Origin: Parcubacteria group bacterium Athens0714_16
Lineage (GTDB): Bacteria > Patescibacteriota > Minisyncoccia > Phycocordibacterales > 21-14-all-36-13
Assembly: GCA_007376805.1 (NCBI GenBank)
Contig: VMGX01000001.1
Coordinates: 1,034 to 65,033 of the forward strand
Direction: 5' to 3'
DNA length: 64,000 nucleotides
A program made the position numbers and the translations under genes. The notes beneath the pieces are model-generated. The model saw only the letters and a program-made list of their open reading frames with translations, did no database searches and had not been told where the DNA came from. Of the stretch, positions 26,486-35,003 are shown one piece after another. The stretch's first letter is position 1; each line of letters begins with the position of its first letter.

Positions 26486-27083
26486 TTATTTAACACATTC
26501 TCTAATTACAGAACAAAATTTTAAAAGTTCTTTTTTATCGTTTATAAGTCTTTCTCTCATACCACGACTTATTTCAATTTGAACACCTTTCAATTTGAAC
26601 ACCTTTCCCGGAGATACATTTGTTACAAATATTTTTAGGTGAATCGCCCATAACATTTTTTGTTGATTCAAGAACTTTAAACCCACCATTTGTTAGAACG
26701 TCTTCAATATCTTTAATAAGTGAGTAATCAAGTCCTCCCAACATAACAAAATCATCTAATTCGTGTTTTCCGTGTATTGAAATTACTTTTTTACTTTTAG
26801 AAACCAAATCAAGACATTTTGGTTCATCAAAAGTAGAACTTGAAACATGAAAAATTGTATTATTTTTTTCTTTTATTCCTTGAAAACTATAAAAAGCAAA
26901 AATGTTTCCAGCCAATTCTCTAGCAATTTCAGTTGTGTGTGGTTCTATTCTCCCGCCATGAATAGCAATTACAACACATGGTGTTTTTATGTCGTTTGTC
27001 TCAATTTGGAAATCAACACCCTCTGTCTCGTTTTCTTTTATTTCTTCAAAATTTTTGTATGTTCCTGACATTTTGTTCTCCAT
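26486..27083 (-). pseudogene. Poly-gamma-glutamate hydrolase-like (UPF0714/DUF867-like) gene, frameshifted by a 16-bp tandem duplication
   Basis: VVIAIHGGRIEPHTTEIARELA resembles that family. The reading frame ends at 26574 just after the duplicated 16-mer. Removing one copy joins it in frame to ORF 26486..26689 (..KGVQIEISRGMRERL..). Confidence 0.55.
26572..26603. repeat. 16-bp perfect tandem duplication (ttcaatttgaacacct x2)
   Basis: Read directly. It explains the frame change between ORFs 26574..27083 and 26486..26689. Confidence 0.9.
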
Positions 27084-27153
27084 TCAATGTTAAAAAACTA
27101 TTTTCAATGGTCTTTATATCACAAAATAATCATAAAAAGCAATTTTTCAAAAT

Positions 27154-27552
27154 TTATTTTTTTATTTTTTCTGCAATTTTAAGTTTACCAAGATAATATT
27201 GAACGCCCAATACGTGATTTGGCACATGCCACACGGCAACAGCTTGACCAGCTGAACGAGCTATAAATTTTGCAAAATCTGATTTAGATTTGCGAGCTGA
27301 CGCATGTGAGTCAAGTGAAAGTTTACGCACAGAGGGCATACCTAATTCCATTTTCCCCTGTGCCCATGCTCTGAGTAATTCTATAGCTTTGCGTGGATGT
27401 TTGTCTTTTGGATATTCCTTTTCAAAAATTGGTAGAACGCGCTCCACTTGTTTAACAACTTTGAGGGCTAATAATTTGTGTTCGTGTGAATTACGCACCA
27501 AAGATTTATAATCTTTAGATTTTGAAGGTTTTGAAAATTTTTTTGCTTTCAT
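27154..27552 (-). CDS. Hypothetical helical protein
   Basis: 132-aa ORF, basic N-terminus, no firm family assignment. Confidence 0.4.
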   Translation of the reverse strand: MKAKKFSKPSKSKDYKSLVRNSHEHKLLALKVVKQVERVLPIFEKEYPKDKHPRKAIELLRAWAQGKMELGMPSVRKLSLDSHASARKSKSDFAKFIARSAGQAVAVWHVPNHVLGVQYYLGKLKIAEKIKK

Positions 27553-27564
27553 TGGTTATTTTTT

Positions 27565-27596
27565 CTATTCTCTAATTCCGTTGGATTAGAGAATGG
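27565..27596. repeat. Hairpin family H2 (overlaps the arsR stop)
   Basis: ctattctctaattccgttggattagagaatgg. Confidence 0.8.
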
Positions 27597-27852
27597 ATAA
27601 AATATGTTTAATAAAAATATCATTTTTATCTGCTATAAAATAATATTGTTCCAAACCAACTTGTTCACTCTCAACAAAACCAGATGTTTTCAATACTTGC
27701 AGATGTCTAGATGTCGCATTGAATGATAGCTTCATTTTTTCTGCAATCACACCAACAGTGGATTTTGATTCTTTCGCCAAAAAATTAATTATTTCTAAAC
27801 GACGACGATTTGCTAATGCTTTGTATTTTCTTTCAACTTCACTATATTTCAT
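27586..27852 (-). CDS. ArsR-family winged-helix transcription regulator
   Basis: From ATG 27850-27852: MKYSEVERKYKALANRRRLEIINFL..STVGVIAEKMKLSFNATSRHLQVLKTSGFV. Its last codons lie inside hairpin repeat H2. Confidence 0.75.
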   Translation of the reverse strand: MKYSEVERKYKALANRRRLEIINFLAKESKSTVGVIAEKMKLSFNATSRHLQVLKTSGFVESEQVGLEQYYFIADKNDIFIKHILSIL

Positions 27853-27906
27853 ATTTAATATTATACAAAAATATATTATTAATAAAACCTTATACACATA
27901 TTATTT

Positions 27907-27938
27907 CCATTCTCTAATTCCGTTGGATTAGAGAATGG
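27907..27938. repeat. Hairpin family H2 (upstream of arsR)
   Basis: ccattctctaattccgttggattagagaatgg, 31/32 identical to 27565..27596. Confidence 0.8.
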
Positions 27939-27953
27939 AGATTTGTATGAAAA

Positions 27954-28415
27954 TCATTTTATAAACCCTCCGTGAAAAATTGCGTAATAAATAAGTTTCC
28001 CATCTTTCAGGATTTCTTCCCTTCCTTCAAATTTACCGAGTGTGCCTAAAGTGTTATTTTTATACTCATAATTCTCAATTTTAAAATTTTTTGGTCCGCG
28101 AACTGGAATAATGTCATCATAGTCTTGCGCAAGTGCTTTTCTTAAAAAAATGTAGATATCTTTCTCGTTCTCCTTTTCATCAATAATATATCCATTGTAA
28201 TTCATACCCCAAATTGGCTTTCCGTTTTCATATATAATTTCTTCGCCAATAAAATCGTGTGAACCGAAATATGTATCATGATATAAAAACTCTCCTTCTT
28301 TATATTCGTAATCTTTTGAACCAGATTTTTGCGAAGTAATTCTTTTTGCTTTTTCAGAAGCATAAGTATTTTTCTTCGCTGTCTTCAAAAAATTTGTTAG
28401 TTTATTTAAGTTCAT
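27954..28415 (-). CDS. Hypothetical protein (DUF5680-like, from memory)
   Basis: Start moved to ATG 28413-28415 (MNLNKLTNFLKTAKKNTYAS). Contains YHDTYFGSHDFIGEEII..GKPIWGMNYNGY. Confidence 0.45.
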   Translation of the reverse strand: MNLNKLTNFLKTAKKNTYASEKAKRITSQKSGSKDYEYKEGEFLYHDTYFGSHDFIGEEIIYENGKPIWGMNYNGYIIDEKENEKDIYIFLRKALAQDYDDIIPVRGPKNFKIENYEYKNNTLGTLGKFEGREEILKDGKLIYYAIFHGGFIK

Positions 28416-28932
28416 GGTTTTTGAGATTTCTGTAACCAATAATTGCAAACGGTATTGATATAATTTGAAGTATTAAAATTGAATAAGTTCCTAAAATGTA
28501 GGCATATGCGATTAAAATTATATGACCTGCTATATAGAGAAGCCAACCAATTGGATTTCGCAAAACTAAAAATACTGCACCAATGACAAACAATACAACC
28601 ATACTGTCTTCCAATACCCAATTTGGCGATCCTAAATTAAATAAAAAGATTACTACAATACCTATAATAGTTATACCACCCATAAGAAATGTGAGCCGTT
28701 TTTCCACTTTTTCAAATTTTTGCCATAAAAAAAATCCAAAAACAAATATAATGCCACTGGTAATTTCCAATATTGAATATGCAAAAGATCCTTTATGTAA
28801 AGTAACTAATGTAAAAGCAATTGAACCTAAAAATCCAAATAACCAACCCAATCTTTTTCCAGAACTCAAGAATACCTTTTGTATAAAATAAAAAATAGAA
28901 CCTAAAATTTCTATAATAACAAAATAATTCAT
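28402..28932 (-). CDS. Six-TM small membrane protein, possibly PnuC-like transporter
   Basis: 176 aa and very hydrophobic. The resemblance to nicotinamide riboside transporters is weak. Confidence 0.35.
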   Translation of the reverse strand: MNYFVIIEILGSIFYFIQKVFLSSGKRLGWLFGFLGSIAFTLVTLHKGSFAYSILEITSGIIFVFGFFLWQKFEKVEKRLTFLMGGITIIGIVVIFLFNLGSPNWVLEDSMVVLFVIGAVFLVLRNPIGWLLYIAGHIILIAYAYILGTYSILILQIISIPFAIIGYRNLKNHELK

Positions 28933-28935
28933 AAA

Positions 28936-29229
28936 CTATATTAGAAAAAGTGAAATCAAAAAGAGAATTACAAAACAAGCGAAAAATCCGACAGTTTTGA
29001 TGAAGAAAGAGAATGCTTCTTGTTTTTGATTTTCCATATAAAGATGAATTGGTTCAGACAGAAATAGAAATCCCATAATTGAAGCTGATAATACAAAAAG
29101 ACTCAACATAATCATAGGAATAATTATGGGGTCATCGTGCACCAAAATAAGGGTCACAATATTAATAACCAAAACAATAACAACAATATATAGTGCTGCT
29201 GCTATCGCATATAAAAATGGTTTCTTCAT
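28936..29229 (-). CDS. Small three-TM membrane protein
   Basis: 97-aa hydrophobic ORF. Its ATG abuts repeat A4. Confidence 0.4.
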   Translation of the reverse strand: MKKPFLYAIAAALYIVVIVLVINIVTLILVHDDPIIIPMIMLSLFVLSASIMGFLFLSEPIHLYMENQKQEAFSFFIKTVGFFACFVILFLISLFLI

Positions 29230-29363
29230 CCTGTAGTGAAAAATGGCATTACTCTAATAGAGTATTACTATTCTTGTTGTTAATGCTAATAAATTTTCTT
29301 TCGTAAAATTGTTCATTTTTTAATATTTTTTATATTCATGCCATTTTCTACTACGGAATTCAT
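29230..29363 (-). mobile_element. Family A element, copy A4 (abuts ATG of 28936..29229)
   Basis: Same termini (right end ctactacggaattcat), 134 bp. Confidence 0.8.
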
Positions 29364-29381
29364 AATAATTTAATTAAATTT

Positions 29382-29861
29382 TTAATCTTTAATAAATAAA
29401 ATTTTTCTACCAGTTTCATTTTGCATTGATTTAATTAAATTTTCTCCTTCTTTTGAATAAATCCAAGCATATAAAGATGCATTCTTAGCATTTGGAATTT
29501 TTTCGAAAGCTTCTTTTATTAATCCTTTTGCATATCCCCTTTGTCTATACTCTGGCAAAACAAAAACAGCGCAAAGATAAAGCGACTCAAACTTTTTTTC
29601 TTCTGTTGCAATATTCAAAAGTTCCTTTTCTGTAATTTCTTTTTTGAGAAATTTATTCATTGTATCTACACTTGTGGGAACAACAACAATCCACGCGATT
29701 GGATCTCCTTTTTCATTAAATTTGAAAATAATAGTGTCTTTGTGTATTAAATGAAGTTTATCTGTCGAATCTTGATTTATTGGAATTTGATTTGGGTCAT
29801 TCTGTGTACCAAAAAATTCTTCTGCAATTTTTCTTACTTTTTCTGAAGTACCTTGGTTCAT
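29382..29861 (-). CDS. GNAT-family N-acetyltransferase
   Basis: Acetyl-CoA motif A-like VLPEYRQRGYAKGLIKEAF. Confidence 0.7.
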   Translation of the reverse strand: MNQGTSEKVRKIAEEFFGTQNDPNQIPINQDSTDKLHLIHKDTIIFKFNEKGDPIAWIVVVPTSVDTMNKFLKKEITEKELLNIATEEKKFESLYLCAVFVLPEYRQRGYAKGLIKEAFEKIPNAKNASLYAWIYSKEGENLIKSMQNETGRKILFIKD

Positions 29862-29961
29862 AAAAATTAATTTCTAAGACAGAAAATAGGGACTCGGTCA
29901 CAAATCACTAATTATTTTTACAACAAAGTTGAAAAAATAAATAAGTGTTTGCCGACCCCAA

Positions 29962-30019
29962 CTCAGCGACAAGCACTCACTTTGCTCGTCTTGTATACCG
30001 CTTCCGTCTTTCGAGTTCC
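29962..30019 (-). repeat. Partial X-like repeat about 60 nt downstream of tRNA-Gln
   Basis: GGAACTCGAAAGACGGAAGCGGTATACAAGACGAGCAAAGTGAGTGCTTGTCGCTGAG matches the first ~58 nt of X with 5 mismatches by eye. Confidence 0.8.
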
Positions 30020-30079
30020 AATCCACACGAGCAATCGAGTGGAATTTTTAACACATAGCTATGTTAAAAATTTCGCTTG

Positions 30080-30150
30080 CTGGGGGATAGGGACTCGAAC
30101 CCCAATACCTTGCGCCAAAGGCAAGTGTCCTACCATTAGACGATCCCCCA
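30080..30150 (-). tRNA. tRNA-Gln(UUG)
   Basis: UGGGGGA UC GUCU AAUGGUA GGAC A CUUGC CUUUGGC GCAAG GUAU UGGGG UUCGAGU CCCUA UCCCCCA G. It has the U1:A72 pair that I recall as typical of bacterial tRNA-Gln. Confidence 0.85.
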
Positions 30151-30183
30151 AAATTCACTAAATCACTAAAACATAAAAACAAT
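30151..30183 (-). repeat. 8-bp phased tract directly upstream of tRNA-Gln
   Basis: aaattcact aaatcact aaaacata aaaacaat; 24 nt (aaatcactaaaacataaaaacaa) are identical to the parB copy. Confidence 0.7.
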
Positions 30184-30319
30184 TGTATAATATCACTATT
30201 TCCCAATTTTGTGGATAACTTTGACTTTTTTTTCTAATTCTTTATACTTATATATGTCTTATGGTTTAGTTATAAACTATAAGGGTATTACATCCAAGAG
30301 TAGCCCTCCGCGAGGAGGG

Positions 30320-30919
30320 CTACTTTTCTTTTTGTTCTCTGTGTTGTAACTCTCTCCCCCATATATCATCTTTTATTTTTAACACATCTTTATATCCATT
30401 TCCTCCAGTTCTTAATTCTTCGGAAATATTATTCTTTGAAGAATAAATATAAACTTTCTTGTTAGCATTTTTTAGATAATTCACCAATGCCAAAAAATCT
30501 GAATCGCCAGAAAATAGAATCGCTTCTTGATAATCTTTTTTAAAATGTAACATGTCTATAGTCATCTCAACATCCATATTTCCTTTTTCTTTTATAAAAT
30601 CTCCAATATTATTATGAATCGGTATTCTTTTCAATTCTTTTTTTCTCACAACAAACTCTAATCCCTTTTTTAAATAAGTATAAAACTTATGTTTCCCGTC
30701 TAAATCATAATCTCTGGTCCCATTTGCTGGATAAGCGGTGTAATAAAAAATTTTGATATTTTTTGCTTTGTGAGAATTTTTAAGAAAAAATTTTAATTTT
30801 TCATAGTTAAAAAATTTCCCTTTAGCCTTTTGTGCTTCCCACAAATTAGATGCATCAATAAAAACAAAAGCTGTTTTGTTTTTATTTTCATTTTCGTCTT
30901 TAGTAGTCACGTGATTCAT
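30320..30919 (-). CDS. NYN/LabA-like domain protein
   Basis: FIDASNLW ... MDVEMTIDM ... LFSGDSDF pattern of NYN ribonuclease-like domains. Confidence 0.7.
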   Translation of the reverse strand: MNHVTTKDENENKNKTAFVFIDASNLWEAQKAKGKFFNYEKLKFFLKNSHKAKNIKIFYYTAYPANGTRDYDLDGKHKFYTYLKKGLEFVVRKKELKRIPIHNNIGDFIKEKGNMDVEMTIDMLHFKKDYQEAILFSGDSDFLALVNYLKNANKKVYIYSSKNNISEELRTGGNGYKDVLKIKDDIWGRELQHREQKEK

Positions 30920-30946
30920 TTTTTATATTTATTTTATGGTTCAATA

Positions 30947-30978
30947 CTTTATTGCTTTATTGCTTTATTGCTTTATTG
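30947..30978. repeat. 8-bp tandem repeat ctttattg x4
   Basis: Read directly, upstream of the NYN gene start. Confidence 0.85.
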
Positions 30979-31006
30979 TTTTTTTGTTGAGCATATTATC
31001 ACAATG

Positions 31007-31102
31007 CTTTGTGCGGGAAAATTCATAGGATATCCGGCATCACTCCGGTTCAATTAAGAGCGGCTGACAACCTGACTCTTCCTTGAATTTTCCCGCACAA
31101 AG
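31007..31102. other. 96-nt element closed by a perfect 19-bp stem, with a GC-rich three-way interior; unassigned structured element or MITE
   Basis: ctttgtgcgggaaaattca ... tgaattttcccgcacaaag. Inner hairpins ccgg-catcact-ccgg and agag-cggctgacaacctga-ctct. Confidence 0.5.
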
Positions 31103-31131
31103 TATTATTTTTTATTATTTAAAATACTAAT

Positions 31132-32166
31132 CTACTCCTTTTGAATTATTTTTACCAGCGCCAACTCTACTGGCAATTGTGCAACTGCCGACTTCCCTAT
31201 CTGATTATAAACATCTATAAACTCTTTCAAAACTGATGACTTTATATTTGTATCTTTGTCATCTGCAATTTTTTTCAAAAAATTATAATCTTCTTCATTT
31301 ACTTCATCTTTAATTTCTTTACTCATTTCTTTTGAAAATCTAAGAAGCAAAATCATTCTCAATTTATGAAGAAGAAGTTTTGTAAAAACTTTCATATCTA
31401 TATTATTATTCACGGCTTCATTTACTGATTTTAAAGCATCACTCAATTTTTCTTCATTAATATTTTTTATCAAATCATTCACAAGCTCGCCCCGTGGAGC
31501 ACCTGTTATTCTTTCAACCTCTTCAACACTTATTTTTTTGTCGTCCGTTGACCTTATTATTTTTTGTAAAATTCCAATCGCATCTCTAAATGAGCCGTCG
31601 CCTAAAAGTGCAATCAAATCTGAAGATGATGGGTCAAGTGTAAAACCTTCCTTCTTCGTAATTTTTTCTATATTTTCTTTTATTATTGTTTGGTTTGGTT
31701 TTTTAAATTGATAAACTTCACATCTCGAAATAACCGTATCGGGTAATTTATACATTTCTGTTGTAGCCAAAATAAAAATCGCATACTTTGGTGGTTCTTC
31801 AAGTGTTTTGAGAAGTGCGTTAAAAGCTTCTTTTGTTAACATGTGAACTTCATCAATAATATAAACTTTATATGGCGATTCAAACGGAAGTGTATTGATT
31901 GATTCACGAAGCTCACGAATATCATCAATCCCACGATTTGAAGCGGCGTCAATTTCATAAAGATCATTTCCTGTGCACCCTATTTCTTTTGCCAAAATTC
32001 TCGCAACGGTAGTTTTCCCGGTCCCACGACTGCCAGCAAATAAATAAGCGTGTGATATTGAGTCATTTTTAATTGCTCCTTCAATTACATCGGTAACATG
32101 CTTTTGACCAAGCACATCCTTAAATTTTTCAGGACGATATTTACGATATAGTGCAATTTCGGACAT
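31132..32166 (-). CDS. dnaX: DNA polymerase III gamma/tau subunit (short, 344 aa)
   Basis: From ATG 32164-32166: MSEIALYRKYRPEKFKDVLGQ, GSRGTGKTT, IIDEVHML, SRC sensor motif. Confidence 0.9.
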   Translation of the reverse strand: MSEIALYRKYRPEKFKDVLGQKHVTDVIEGAIKNDSISHAYLFAGSRGTGKTTVARILAKEIGCTGNDLYEIDAASNRGIDDIRELRESINTLPFESPYKVYIIDEVHMLTKEAFNALLKTLEEPPKYAIFILATTEMYKLPDTVISRCEVYQFKKPNQTIIKENIEKITKKEGFTLDPSSSDLIALLGDGSFRDAIGILQKIIRSTDDKKISVEEVERITGAPRGELVNDLIKNINEEKLSDALKSVNEAVNNNIDMKVFTKLLLHKLRMILLLRFSKEMSKEIKDEVNEEDYNFLKKIADDKDTNIKSSVLKEFIDVYNQIGKSAVAQLPVELALVKIIQKE

Positions 32167-32282
32167 AAAGTAATTATAAAGCACCCTAAGTAAAATTGAA
32201 AGAATCGAAAAATTTTACCGGGCAAGAAAATTTCAGAATTTGGAATTTAAAAAAACCGATTATTAAACCGGTTTTAAAAAAT

Positions 32283-32642
32283 TCAAGGAACAAGATGTTT
32301 ATCAACGATCTGGTTGGGTTTTGTAGGCACAATTGGTTTTTCTTCTGAAAAGCCAAATAAATAATTATCCCACCCAAGTTGTTTGATATATTCGCTTGTT
32401 GCCGAACCATTAACATATTCTTCACGTTGATTTTCATTTTTTATTGAATCCATACGTTTTCGAATTTCATCAGTCACGTGTGGCATACCTCTTACATATT
32501 CTCTTTCTTCGTCTGTAAGTTCAGACCACCTGAGCTCAAAAGTCAAAAAACGTTGTAAACCTCTTATTTTTTCAATTCGTTCTTCATTAACAAATTGATT
32601 AGTATATTTCCTAATTTCTTCAACAATTTTTTCTTCTTTCAT
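32283..32642 (-). CDS. Hypothetical protein
   Basis: 119-aa charged ORF with no motif. Confidence 0.4.
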   Translation of the reverse strand: MKEEKIVEEIRKYTNQFVNEERIEKIRGLQRFLTFELRWSELTDEEREYVRGMPHVTDEIRKRMDSIKNENQREEYVNGSATSEYIKQLGWDNYLFGFSEEKPIVPTKPNQIVDKHLVP

Positions 32643-32711
32643 TTAAATTCTCCTTTTAATGTTAAAAAACTATTTATTTCAATCTCAATATATAGAAAGT
32701 TTTAAGAAAAG

Positions 32712-33698
32712 TCAATTTTTTAAATACTCGTGAATTATTTTTTCAACATCTTTTGCATTCTTTGTTTCCATTAATTTTGTTCTTAATTCTTTTGCGCCAT
32801 CCCAACCGTTTACATACGCTTTAAAATGTTTTTTCATAACATCAAAATGTTTCCTGCCTGCGCAGGCGGGTCCATCCCCAAAAATTTTTACAAAAAGTTT
32901 TGTGTGTTCTAAAAGAATTTTTAACTTTTGTTCTGTTGTCGGTTCAAAATTTTCATTCAAAAGCCACGGTTTACCAAAAAATCCTCTGCCTATCATTATT
33001 CCATCACAACCAGTTTCTTTGGCACGCGCCAATCCTTCTTTTCTGCTTTTTACATCCCCGTTTCCTATTATCAAAGTTTTTGATTTTAAACTATCACGAA
33101 TCTCAACGGCGCACATCACGACAGACCAATCGGCCGGAACTTTTGACATTTCTTTTTTGGTTCGCGCATGAATCGTAATCGTGACAGGATTTTCTGCGAG
33201 TAATTCTGGAAGCCATTTTTCAATTTCATTTTTGTTATAACCAATTCGTGTCTTTATAGACACCGGAATTTCTCCCGCCCCTTCTTTTGCAGAACAAATT
33301 ATTTGGCGAGCGAGTTTTGGATTTTTTATAAGTTCCGCCCCTGCTCCTTGTTTCAAAACACTTTTGTCTGGACATCCCATATTTATATCAATTCCATCAA
33401 AACCCATTTTTACAACAAGTTCACATGCCTTTTTTATTGTTTCTGGTTTTGAACCAAATAATTGTGCAACAATTGGTCTTTCGGTTTCAGAAAAAATTAA
33501 ATGTTGTTTTAAAACATCTTTTCCTTTGCTTAAAAGCCCATCAGCGGAAACAAATTCCGTAAACATAACGTCTGGCCCGCCTACGGACGGGTTAAATTTT
33601 CCATATTTAGCAATAATTTGTCTAAATGGTGCATCTGTAACATCATACATTGGTGCAACACAAAAAAATGGTTTTTTTAGTTTTGTCCAAAAAATCAT
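32712..33698 (-). CDS. dus: tRNA-dihydrouridine synthase
   Basis: APMYDVTDAPFR, GIDINMGCP, ITIHARTK, GNGDV motifs. Confidence 0.9.
   Translation of the reverse strand: MIFWTKLKKPFFCVAPMYDVTDAPFRQIIAKYGKFNPSVGGPDVMFTEFVSADGLLSKGKDVLKQHLIFSETERPIVAQLFGSKPETIKKACELVVKMGFDGIDINMGCPDKSVLKQGAGAELIKNPKLARQIICSAKEGAGEIPVSIKTRIGYNKNEIEKWLPELLAENPVTITIHARTKKEMSKVPADWSVVMCAVEIRDSLKSKTLIIGNGDVKSRKEGLARAKETGCDGIMIGRGFFGKPWLLNENFEPTTEQKLKILLEHTKLFVKIFGDGPACAGRKHFDVMKKHFKAYVNGWDGAKELRTKLMETKNAKDVEKIIHEYLKN
32853..32870. repeat. GC-rich hairpin H3 inside the dus CDS
   Basis: cctgcctgcgcaggcggg, encodes GPACAGR. Confidence 0.7.
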
Positions 33699-33792
33699 AA
33701 TCTCAAGATACTACCACGATAATAGAAGTTGACAATGATATTTAACAGAGTATTATCTTTTATAAATTTTGTTCACTGAGGAGGTTTTAAAC

Positions 33793-34032
33793 ATGTCTAA
33801 AGATAAAACAGTAATACAACTCGTTGATGAGCTGTATAGAAATTTTAACTATACGGTAGGACAATGTATTACAGATATGTTGTCCAATAGCAAAATAACT
33901 CTTGATGATTTGAAAAAAGACCGGAGTTTAAAGAAATTGGACTGGATGTCTGTAGAACAACAAACGGACTCGTGGGAAGTTAAAGAAATAGCCAAAATGA
34001 AAATCGAGGGTAAAAAAGCGGTGCCGATATAA
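33793..34032 (+). CDS. Hypothetical small protein
   Basis: ATG 33793 is preceded by GAGGAGG. 79 aa. Confidence 0.35.
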   Translation: MSKDKTVIQLVDELYRNFNYTVGQCITDMLSNSKITLDDLKKDRSLKKLDWMSVEQQTDSWEVKEIAKMKIEGKKAVPI

Positions 34033-34130
34033 ATCGGCATTTTTTTTATAAAAAATAAGTGCTGGATTTAAACTGTGGCAAAGATCTAAAAATCCACTGT
34101 CAAACATCGAGTGTTTGACATTTAGAAAGA

Positions 34131-34988
34131 TTATTTCAATCGATAAAACACCTTCTTACCAAACCTTAAATCAATATAATCCAACTGAACATTATCACTC
34201 AGCCCTTTTACTAATGTTCTTTCATTTAGAATAGTCATTAAATTATTAAAAATCTCTCCAAGGTTATCATCACTATTAAATATTATTTTTCCGTCATAAA
34301 AATTATAATTTTTTGAATTGTCACCCAAATATATTTCATAATCACCACTATCATTAGCAAAAAATGATATTGGGTTTACGTTGGCATCTTTTATAGATTT
34401 TACAAAAAAAGATATTCCTTTAAATTTTTCACTATTTAAAAAATTACTCCCTATCTGTTCTTTACCTGTTATGTTTCCATAATTTCTAAAAAAAACACTA
34501 CCAGAAAAAGTTGGGGCTTCGGTGTATATAAAACCATCTTCATCCAAAAAATAACACTGCTCTTCTGTATTTATTTTTTTACCACACCATAAACCAGCGG
34601 GGCTTCTTTCTTTTATTGTTATGTTAATTCCGTTAAAACCAATTCTTTCGATGTCTACGTTTTTTATTCTTTTAAATTTTTCATAAATATTTGTTTTTAT
34701 TTTTTCTTTTCCATAAATAAAAATATTTGTTTTTGGATACAAACTTAAATATTTTCCAACAATATTATTATTAGCTACCCCCAATATTTCTTTTTCGGTC
34801 ACAACTGAGCCTTCATTTTTTACAACTATATTTACTATATTTATACTACTAATTTTCGAAACAAAGATTGATGCAACAAAAAGTATCAACAAAATCAAAA
34901 CCACCAAAAGAATTCTGGTTAAAAATTTTTTTCTTCTTATCTCTGTTACTTTGGAGGAACTAATTCTGCTTTTTTTTCTAAATAACAT
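34131..34988 (-). CDS. FtsQ/DivIB-like cell-division protein
   Basis: Basic N-terminus, a single TM, then a POTRA-like segment (INIVNIVVKNEGSVVTEKEIL). Confidence 0.5.
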   Translation of the reverse strand: MLFRKKSRISSSKVTEIRRKKFLTRILLVVLILLILFVASIFVSKISSINIVNIVVKNEGSVVTEKEILGVANNNIVGKYLSLYPKTNIFIYGKEKIKTNIYEKFKRIKNVDIERIGFNGINITIKERSPAGLWCGKKINTEEQCYFLDEDGFIYTEAPTFSGSVFFRNYGNITGKEQIGSNFLNSEKFKGISFFVKSIKDANVNPISFFANDSGDYEIYLGDNSKNYNFYDGKIIFNSDDNLGEIFNNLMTILNERTLVKGLSDNVQLDYIDLRFGKKVFYRLK

Positions 34989-35003
34989 TTTCCTCTTTGT
35001 GTT

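Noticed and set aside
22494-29365. Integron
   Set aside because: H2 hairpins separate same-strand accessory genes, but there is no IntI-type integrase and no attI. The hairpins are much shorter than typical attC sites and lack the RYYYAAC/GTTRRRY ends.
31007-31102. SRP (4.5S) RNA next to dnaX
   Set aside because: The conserved helix-8 features (GNRA/GGAA loop, GGAAGCAGCC 3' strand, symmetric loop) are absent. It is kept only as an unassigned structured element.
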